Positions 25,579-35,077 of a stretch of DNA of 40,432 nucleotides are shown here, piece by piece. Position numbers and translations under genes: made by a program. Below the pieces are notes generated by a model, which ran no database searches, was not told the DNA's origin, and was given only the letters and a program-made list of their open reading frames with translations. Within the stretch, counting starts at the first letter, position 1. Each line of letters opens with the position of its first letter. Source of the stretch: Nemertoderma westbladi (taxonomy: Eukaryota; Animalia; Xenacoelomorpha); the NCBI GenBank assembly GCA_032718475.1, contig JAUCBJ010007581.1:1-40432 (forward strand). Reading direction: 5' to 3'.

Positions 25579-26327
25579 TTAGTAGGCTAATAGATTAAAA
25601 CAGTAAAAATCCGGCATGTAGGCCTATACTTCCAGCGGCTGCGGCACCCGGCTGCCCGGTATGCCGGTTTTTGGGTTGCCTTGTCAGCTTGTCGGTAGCG
25701 GTCAGCCGGTACTGTGGTACTAACTAACTACTGTACAGGTACCTGATCCATGTTCAGTTCAACCGTTCAGTCGTCAGACCGTAAGGGTACTGCTTAACAG
25801 TTTAATATAATACAGGTCTGCCGGTACTACAGTACGACCAGCTACAGAACTAGGTACCACTGCTCACTGTGTACAGCTGTACTGTACCCCGCCTTGGCTG
25901 CTTGGTACCTGGCTGCCTGGTGCTGGTGCACATACATCGGTCGATCGGTGATAGACTGATAGGTAGATACCGGTACGTAATGACGTAGGCCTAGGTATTA
26001 ATTAATTACTGCAGTAGGCCTACTGATTACAGTAGTAAAACACAACAGCAGAAGCTGAGAACAGTCCTGCCATCAAACACAACACAGACAAACGAAGCGC
26101 TTATTCATCAGGATAGCATACAGGCATACTGGCACCACTACCTGACTACTACACTACACCGCTACATGTACCAGTACTACAGTTTAACAGTAGCCTCCCT
26201 TACCATGTGGTTGGTGATTCTATTCATACATCTGTACATCATACAGCAGTACAGCATACAGACATATACCACACACAGACCACGGCCAGGCAGTACTGCA
26301 GTACACCAGTACCACAAACTGGCAGTT

Positions 26328-27186
26328 AACCAATCAGAAATAACTTAATTTAGTTTATTTATTTTTTCAACCAATCAAAAATAACTTAATTTAGTTTATT
26401 TATTTTTTCAACCAATCAGAAATATTTTAATTTAGTTTATTTATTTTTTCAACCAATCAGAAATATACTTAATTTAGTTTATTTATTTTTTCAACCAATC
26501 AGAAATATTTTAATTTAGTTTATTTATTTTTTCAACCAATCAGAAATATACTTAATTTAGTTTATTTATTTTTTCAACCAATCAGAAACCTCCCTTAATT
26601 TAGTTTATTTATTTTTTCAACCAATCAGAAATAACTTAATTTAGTTTATTTATTTTTTCAACCAATCAGAAATAACTTAATTTAGTTTATTTATTTTTTC
26701 AACCAATCAGAAATAAAGCTAATTTAGTTTATTTATTTTTTCAACCAATCAGAAATATACTTAATTTAGTTTATTTATTTTTTCAACCAATCAGAAACCT
26801 CCCTTAATTTAGTTTATTTATTTTTTCAACCAATCAGAAATAACTTAATTTAGTTTATTTATTTTTTCAACCAATCAGAAATAACTTAATTTAGTTTATT
26901 TATTTTTTCAACCAATCAGAAATACAGTTAATTTAGTTTATTTATTTTTTCAACCAATCAGAAATAACTTAATTTAGTTTATTTATTATTTCAACCAATC
27001 AGAAATATACTTAATTTAGTTTATTTATTTTTTCAACCAATCAGAAATCAAAATCAATATTCACATAATTTAGTTTAATTTGTTTCTGTTTTCTTAATCC
27101 CCTAAATAATATAATTTAGTTTATTTTTTTCTTAATCCTCTTTGAAAAAAAAATTTAATTAAATGTGGCCTAAATCAGCCACCGTA
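26328..27186 (-). repeat. Right TIR: ~18 inverted copies of the 41-42-bp CCAAT repeat plus outer segment
   Basis: Counted AACCAATCA cores between 26328 and ~27048; ~27055-27186 is the reverse complement of 20869-21000 with a few mismatches. Confidence 0.95.
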
Positions 27187-27659
27187 CTATTGCACTGTAT
27201 TTTATTTTTAAATCTTTTGGCCAACATTAATACTGTGGAGGCTGTATGCTTATAAGGTGGAATGATTACTCAGCCTCATACTGATACTCTGTAAGGCTTA
27301 CACTAACATTATAGTTTGAAATATAAAAATAACTGCTTATTATCTGTATTGGGTTAATCACTGTGTCATTCAAAATGTTTTGTTAGGTGAATGATATTCA
27401 GTGGCTAAGATTATTCTGTGTCAGATTCCCTTCACACCATAGGCAAACGTTGTTGAGGCTGAGGGAATTTACTTTAGTTTACTCTACTGAGTCATTCAGC
27501 TGAATGGATTTGAGCAATTGCCAAATGACAGAGTGGGATCTCTCTCTGACCATAGGTAAATAACACTTCCCTTCTGAACAAAGGTAAACATTGTTGAGGG
27601 AACTTACCTTTGATTGACGACTTCCGACTTGCTTAACGGCGTCTTGACGCCGTCTCTAG

Positions 27660-29842
27660 TTAGGAACCGAGAGGTTCATTACTGTAAGAATTGTTGACTG
27701 ACTGGCTGGCTGACTGACTGGCTGACTGGCTGATCTACAGCCAAAACTACTCTAACGATTTTGATGAAATTTTCACAGCGGCTGGATACCGCGATTCTAA
27801 GGTCCCTGGTATGTTCCGCTATTTCGTCCATGAGCCGTGGGCTCGAAAAATAGACATAAACGAAAAAACGCCATAGGCGCAATGGTAAAATATCACCAAT
27901 AACAGCTGGTGTCGTGATGAAAAATGGCTTACGTAATGGATTTCTACACAAGGCTTAGTATAAATCGATGAGGTTGCCAAGATTATTCACTTAGTACACC
28001 AATACTGTTTGTTTAGGCCCTAGGACACTCTGTCAAAGCAAATATTAACTGGTTGGTTTAGTTAGAAATCTATTATCGCCTCAGCTGAATTACTCTTCCC
28101 AATGCGCACTCTATAGGAATATCTCCCTCTGCTAATGTAAGCTGAATGACTGTTACGTACACAGTGAGTTGGCTACATTAATGCCAACATTATTGCAAAA
28201 TGTTTTATTGTTGGATTACTCTCTGTCAGTCACCCCTTCAGAACATTGTATAGGGAATTTACTTTAGTTTACTCTACTGTGCCATTCAGCTGAATGGATT
28301 TGAGCGATTGCCAAGTTACAGAGTTGGATCATTCTCTGACCATAGGCAAAGACATCAAATCTTTTTAAAAATATACTTTTTCCATGTTTTTTTTTCTGAC
28401 CAAAAATTTCAAAAAAAAATTTTTCGTAGCCAGTACTGCCAATCGATTCGCCATCAAAAATAACGCAAAAAATTTTTTTTGCAAAATTTTAAATTACTGT
28501 AAATTTTTGGCGACTGGGGGGGGTCAATTTTTTTCGATCCGCTATAACTCCGGAACGCTTTGTCCAAATTCGATGGGGTTTTCATTTTTCAACTTAATTA
28601 GATGTCCTCTTTCAGTCTATCCATGTTTCCAAACCGCAAACAGCGCCGTTCAAAAATTAATTTTTTCCAGTTCTAGAATTTTACAAATTTCAAAAAAGTT
28701 GCAGTATTTTATTAACGCCTTTACGGAATTCGATAGCGTTTTCGATTTTTATATTAAACGCAATATCCTGAATCTCACTAGCCTAGTTTCGCGTCACCAA
28801 CGCCAAGACTTCATACTTTTTGAGGAAATTTTTTCTAGAATAATTATTATTTAATTACATTTATCGCGATTTCTTATTACTGGTTGCACATGAATTGATG
28901 GAGTTTTCAATTTATTAACTAAACACGATATCGCGCATCGCACCAGCGTGGTTTCGAAATTCCATTGCGCCCTTCGAGCAGCACGTGAGTTACATCAAAT
29001 AATAGACACACTGTTTCACTTTGTCCCTTCGAGCAGCACGTGAGTTTGGCTTTGACCCTTCGAGCAGCGTGTGTCAATTGAGCTGAATCATACCAATCGA
29101 GCCAAATAGAACCAATCGTGGCGATCAAGTAGAGTCGAGCCCAATTGAGCCGAGTCAAGCCGAACGGAGCCGAGTTGAGCCCAATCAAGCCGAGTCGAGC
29201 CAGACTGAGCCGAGTAAAGCCCAATCGAGTCGAATCGAGTTGAGTCGACTCAGACCGAGCCGAGTCGAGCCGTGTCACGCAAAATTGAGCCGGACTGAGT
29301 CGAGTCGAGACCAATCAAGCTGAGTCGAGCCCAATCGAGCCGAGTCGAGCCGCATGTAGCCGAGTTGAACCTAATCAAGCCGAGTCGAGCCAGACTGATT
29401 CGACTCGAGTCCAATAGCGCGGAGTCGAGCCCAATCAAGCCTAGTCGAGCCAAATTGAGCCGGACCGAACCCAGTCGAGCCCAATCGAGCCGGACTGAGC
29501 CAAATTGAGCCAAATCGAGCCGAGTCAAGCCCAATCAATCCCAATCGAGCCGATTCGAGCCCAATCGAGCCGAGTCGAGACCAATCAAGCCGATTCGAGC
29601 CCAATTGAGCCAAGTGGAGCCGGACCGAGCCGAGTTGAACCAAATGAAGCCGATTGAGACGAATTGAGCTGAGTCGAGTCGAGCCCAATCAAGCCGAGTC
29701 GAGCCCAATTGAGCCAAACCGAGCCGATCAAGCCAAGTCGAACTGAATCGAGCCCAATCGTGCCAGACTGAGCCGAGCTCGTTGTCTCTTTTATTTGAAA
29801 TAAAAAGTCGGTTCCTTATCGGGCCGCTAGGCCCGTCACTAG
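27660..29842 (+). mobile_element. Chimeric HINE-like unit: type-A body switching at ~28964 to a type-C 3' region
   Basis: Type-A sequence up to TTTCGAAATTCCA, then CCCTTCGAGCAGCACGTGAG repeats and a degenerate GAGCC/GAGTC/CAATC tract, then the normal 3' end. Confidence 0.8.
29078..29779. repeat. Degenerate 5-bp-period satellite (GAGCC/GAGTC/CAATC/AAGCC)
   Basis: Direct reading. Confidence 0.9.
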
Positions 29843-32473
29843 TTAGGAACCGAGAGGTTCATTACTGTAAGAATTGTTGCTGACTGGCTGACTGACTGGC
29901 TGGCTGACTGATCTACAGCCAAAACTACTCTAACGATTTTGATGAAATTTTCACAGCGGCTGGATACCGCGATTCTAAGGTCCCTGGTATGTTCCGCTAT
30001 TTCGTCCATGAGCCGTGGGCTCGAAAAATAGACATAAACGAAAAAACGCCATAGGCGCAATGATAAAAACACCAGCTGGCACTCATGAAAAATGGATAGA
30101 GAAAGCCTAGTAATGCTATTCTATAGGAATGGCCACCTAACAAGGAAATGCTTTCTCTGCCAAGTATTATCCTCACTCTACAACTCAGACAGTAAGCAAA
30201 CAAAAGCCGTGGGATTCTAATGTATTACATCATAAGCTGATTGCTCTCCCAATAGCCCTCACACACTCACTGAATCGAATGAAATCGAATATCTATTAGC
30301 TTAATGCGAATAGCTGGTAAGCTGAATGCCATTTTAGTTATTGTGTACTGTTGATTGCAGAGTAGACTGCTATGTTGTATGTATTTAATTAAAATAATTT
30401 TCGTAGAGGGAAGTTAATTTGGGATTACTTTCTATCAGATGTAAGCAAAGCTGTTCAATGGGGTGGGTCATGGGACCCAAATATAGTACATTATGCATGG
30501 CAAACATTAATAAAATCATTCAGTCAACCTGGAGGGTATTTGCTTAGTTAACTCTACTGTGCGAAAAACGAATTTATAATGTTACCCATACTTCAGGTGA
30601 ATGAATTTTTAGATATTTGTACTGAAGGCAACGATTTCTGATATAATTAAAATACAAGACAGGGGCTTGTTTCGATATATGTAGTTGCGCCCTTCTAGCA
30701 GCACGTGAGATGATCAAATAATAGACACAATGTTTGACTTTGTCCCTTCGAGCAGCACGTGAGTTTTGCTTTGACCCTTCAATATATGTATTTGCGCCCT
30801 TCGAGCAGCACGTGAATTACATCAAATAATAGACACATTGTTTGACTTTGTCCCTTCGAGCAGCACGTGAGTTTTGCTTTGACCCTTCGATATATGTATT
30901 TGCGCCCTTCGAGCAGCACGGGGAGTCGACTCAGACCGAGCCAAGCCAAGCCGAGCCGAGCCGAGCCGAGCCGAGCCGAGCCGAGCCGAGCCGAGCCGAG
31001 CCGAGCCGAGCCGAGCCGAGCCGTGCCGAGCCAAGCCGAGCCGAGCCGAGCCGAGCCGAGCCGAGCCAAGCCGAGCTGAACCGAGCCGAGCCGAGCCGAG
31101 CCGTGCCGAGCCGAGCCGAGCCGAGCCGAGCCGAGCCGAGCCGAGCCGAGCCGAGCCGAGCCGAGCCGAGCCGAGCCGAGCCGAGCCGAGCCGAGCCGAG
31201 CCGAGCCGAGCCGAGCCGAGCCGAGCCGAGCCGAGCCGAGCCGAGCCGAGCCGAGCCGAGCCGAGCCGAGCCGAGCCGAGCCGAGCCGAGCCGAGCCGAG
31301 CCGAGCCGAGCCGAGCCGAGCCGAGCCGAGCCGAGCCGAGCCGAGCCGAGCCGAGCCGAGCCGAGCCGAGCCGAGCCGAGCTGAGCCGAGCCTAATCGAG
31401 CCGAGCCGAGCCGAGCCGAGCCGAGCCGAGCCGAGCCGAGCCGAGCCGAGCCGAGCCTGAGCCGAGCCGAGCCGAGCCTAATCGAGCCGAGCCTAATCGA
31501 GCCGAGCCGAGCCGAGCCGAGCCGAGCCGAGCCGAGCCGAGCCGAGCCGAGCCGAGCCGAGCCGAGCCGAGCCGAGCCGAGCCGAGCCGAGCCGAGCCGA
31601 GCCGAGCCGAGCCGAGCCGAGCCGAGCCGAGCCGAGCCGAGCCGAGCCGAGCCGAGCCGAGCCGAGCCGAGCCGAGCCGAGCCGAGCCGAGCCGAGCCGA
31701 GCCGAGCCGAGCCGAGCCGAGCCGTGCCGAGCCGAGCCGAGCCGAGCCGAGCCGAGCCGAGCCGAGCCAGGCCGAGCCAAGCCGAGCCGAGCCGAGCCGA
31801 GCCGAGCCGAGCCGAGCCGAGCCGAGCCGAGCCGAGCCGAGCCAAGCCGAGCCGAGCCGAGCCGAGCCGAGCCGAGCCGAGCCGAGCCGAGCCGAGCCGA
31901 GCCGAGCCGAGCCGAGCCGAGCCTGAGCCGAGCCTAATCGAGCCGAGCCGAGCCGAGCCAGCCGAGCCGAGCCGAGCCGAGCCGAGCCGAGCCGAGCCGA
32001 GCCGAGCCGAGCCGAGCCGAGCCGAGCCGAGCCGAGCCGAGCCGAGCCGAGCCGAGCCGAGCCGAGCCGAGCCGAGCCGAGCCGAGCCGAGCCGAGCCGA
32101 GCCGAGCCGAGCCGAGCCGAGCCGAGCCGAGCCGAGCCGAGCCGAGCCGAGCCAAGCCAGGCCGAGCCGAGCCGAGCCGAGCCGAGGCCGAGCCGAGCCA
32201 GCCAGCCGAGCCGAGCCTAATCGAGCCGAGCCGAGCCGAGCCAGCCGAGCCGAGCCGAGCCGAGCCGAGCCGAGCCGAGCCGAGCCGAGCCGAGCCGAGC
32301 CGAGCCGAGCCGAGCCGAGCCAGGCCGAGCCGAGCCTAATCGAGCCAAACCGAGCCGATCAAGCCAAGTCGAACTTAATCGTGCCCAATCGTGCAAGACC
32401 GAGCCGAGCTCGTTGTCTCTTTTATTTGAAATAAAAAGTCGGTTCCTTATCGGGCCGCTAGGCCCGTCACTAG
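29843..32473 (+). mobile_element. Type-C HINE-like unit (type-A termini, different interior, long GAGCC tract)
   Basis: Diverges from type A after ~30060; interior is repeated at ~33500-34370. Confidence 0.8.
30935..32408. repeat. (GAGCC)n satellite, ~1.47 kb, nearly pure
   Basis: Direct reading. Confidence 0.97.
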
Positions 32474-35077
32474 TTAGGAACCGAGAGGTTCATTACTGTA
32501 AGAATTGTTGGCTGATTGATTGATTGACTGGCTGGCTGATCTACAGTCAAAACTACTCTAACGATTTTGATGAAATCTTCACAGCGGCTAGATACCGCGA
32601 TTCTAAGGTCCCTGGTATGTTCCGCTATTTCGTCCATGAGCCGTGGGCTCGAAAAATAGACATAAACGAAAAAACGCCATTGGCGCAATGGTAAAATATC
32701 ACCAATAACAGCTGGTGTCGTGATGAAAAATGGCTTATGTAATGGATTTCTACACAAGGCTTAGTATAAATCGATGAGGTTGCCAAGATTATTGTACTCA
32801 AGATTATTGTACTCAGTACACCCATACTGTTTGTTTAGGCCCTGTCAAAGCAAATATAAACTGGTTGGTTTAGTTTGAAATCTATTATTGCCTCAGCTGA
32901 ATAACTCTTCCCAATGCATTCTAGTTGAGTATCCAAGTTTCTCCCTCTGCTAATGTAAGCTGAATGACGGTTTAGTACACAGTAGTGTGTTGGCTACATT
33001 AATGCCAACATTATTGCAAAATGTTTTATTGTTGGATTACTCTCTGTCAGTCTCCCCTTCAGAACATTGTATAGGGAATTTACTTTAGTTTACTCTACTG
33101 TGCCATTCAGCTGAATGGATTTGAGCGATTGCCAAGTTACAGAGTTGGATCATTCTCTGACCATAGGCAAAGACATCAAATCTTTTTAAAAAGATACTTT
33201 TTCTGTTTTTTTTTCTGACCAAAAATTTCAAAAAAAATTTTTTGTAGCCAGTACTGCCAATCGATTCGCCATCAAAAATAACGCAAAAAAATTTTTTTGC
33301 AAAATTTTAAATTACTGTAAGAATTGCTCGAGACTGGCTGACTGACTGACTAATCTACAGCCAAAACTACTCTAACGATTTTGATAAAATTTTCACAGCG
33401 GCTAGATACCGCGATTCTAAGGTCCCTGGTATGTTCCGCTATTTCGTCCATGAGCCGTGGGCTCGAAAAATAGACATAAACGAAAAAACGCCATAGGCGC
33501 AATGATAAAAACACCAGCTGGCACTCATGAAAAATGGATAGAGATGGCCTAGTAATGCTATTCTATAGGAATGGCCACCTAACAAGGAAATGCTTTCTCT
33601 GCCAAGTATTATCCTCACTCTACAACTCAGACAGTAAGCAAACAAAAGCTGTGGGATTCTAATGTATTACATCATAAGCTGATTGCTCTCCCAATAGCCC
33701 TCACACACTCACTGAATCCAATGAAATCGAACATCTATTAGCTTAATGCGAATAGCTGGTAAGCTGAATGCCATTTTAGTTATTGTGTACTGTTGATAGC
33801 AGAGTTGACTACTATGTTGTATGTATTTAATTAAAATAATTTTCGAAGAGGGAAGTTAATTTGGGATTACTTTCTATCAGATGTAAGCAAAGCTGTTCAA
33901 TGGGGTGGGTCATGGGACCCAAATATACTACATTATGCATGGCAAACATGAATAAAATCATTCAGTCAACCTGAAGGGTATTTGCTTTAGTTAACTCTAC
34001 TGTGCGAAAAACGAATTTATAATGTTACCCATACTTCAGGTGAATGAATTTTTAGATATTTGTACTGAAGGCAACGATTTCTGATGTAATTAAAATACAA
34101 GACAGGGGCTTGTTTCGATATATGTAGTTGCGCCCTTCAAGCAGCACGTGAGATGATCAAATAATAGACACAATGTTTGACTTTGTCCCTTCGAGCAGCT
34201 CGTGAGTTTTGCTTTGACCCTTCGATATATGTATTTGCGCCCTTCGAGCAGCACGTGAATTACATAAAATAATAGACACATTGTTTGACTTTGTCCCTTC
34301 GAGCAGCACGTGAGTTTTGCTTTGACCCTTCGATATATGTATTTGCGCCCTTCGAGCAGCACGGGGAGTCGACTCAGACCGAGCCAAGCCGAGCCGAGCC
34401 GAGCCGAGCCGAGCCGAGCCGAGCCGAGCCGAGCCGAGCCGAGCCGAGCCGAGCCGAGCCGAGCCGAGCCGAGCCGAGCCGAGCTGAGCCGAGCAGAGCC
34501 GAGCCGAGCCGAGCCGAGCCGAGCCGAGCCGAGCCGAGCCGAGCCGAGCCGAGCCGAGCCGAGCCGAGCCGAGCCGAGCCGAGCCGAGCCGAGCCGAGCC
34601 GAGCCGAGCCGAGCCGAGCCGAGCCGTGCCGAGCCGAGCCGAGCCGAGCCGAGCCGAGCCGAGCCGAGCCGAGCCGAGCCGAGCCGAGCCGAGCCGAGCC
34701 GAGACGAGCCGAGCCGAGCCGAGCCGAGCCGAGCCGAGCCGAGCCGAGCCGAGCCGAGCCGAGCCGAGCCGAGCCGAGCCGAGCCGAGCCGAGCCGAGCC
34801 GAGCCGAGCCGAGCCGAGCCGGGCCGAGCCGAGCCGAGCCGAGCCGAGCCGAGCCGAGCCGGGCCGAGCCGAGCCGAGCCGAGCCGAGCCGAGCTGAGCC
34901 GGGCCGAGCCGAGCCGGGCCGGGCCGAGCCGAGCCGAGCCTAATCGAGCCAAACCGAGCTGATCAAGCCAAGTCGAACTTAATCGTGCCCAATCGTGCAA
35001 GACCGAGCCGAGCTCGTTGTCTCTTTTATTTGAAATAAAAAGTCGGTTCCTTATCGGGCCGCTAGGCCCGTCACTAG
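32474..35077 (+). mobile_element. Truncated type-A unit fused at ATTACTGTAA (33311-33320) to a second type-C unit
   Basis: Internal TTTTAAATTACTGTAA continues as GAATTGCTCGAGACTGG (unit 5' sequence); CTAG end at 35074-35077. Confidence 0.8.
34375..35012. repeat. (GAGCC)n satellite, ~0.64 kb
   Basis: Direct reading. Confidence 0.97.

Larger units (their letters stand above)
20869..27186. mobile_element. 6318-bp two-gene TIR DNA transposon, IS3EU-like
   Basis: Termini TACGGTGGCTGATTTAGGCCAC / GTGGCCTAAATCAGCCACCGTA; TSD CTATTG at 20863-20868 and 27187-27192; empty-site paralogue GAGTACTACTGCACTG at ~20606-20621. TAY..RTA ends, 6-bp TSD and two ORFs match my recollection of IS3EU. Confidence 0.92.
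19794..27659 (+). mobile_element. Type-B HINE-like unit with alternative termini, interrupted by the IS3EU-like element
   Basis: 5' TTAGCAAGTCG-TTAGACTTG, same microsatellite and core as type A, 3' CGACTTGCTTA, hairpin ACGGCGTC-TT-GACGCCGT, CTAG at 27656-27659. Internal ~250-bp repeat starts at ~20395, 20646 and 27221. Confidence 0.85.

Noticed and set aside
21001-27048. CRISPR-like appearance of the 41-bp arrays
   Set aside because: Variable parts are only 4-6 nt and reused, there are no cas genes, the context is eukaryotic and the arrays form the TIRs.
20864-27191. Alternative boundary: GTAC termini with a 4-bp TATT TSD
   Set aside because: Formally compatible with the sequence, but TAC..GTA with a 6-bp TSD matches the known IS3EU pattern; other copies would decide.
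28919-29717. Overlapping minus-strand ORFs rich in ARLGS/TRLDW
   Set aside because: Products of the degenerate pentamer satellite.
30779-35000. Long AEPSR/SARLG repeat ORFs
   Set aside because: Translations of (GAGCC)n, which has no stop codon in any frame; no coding evidence.
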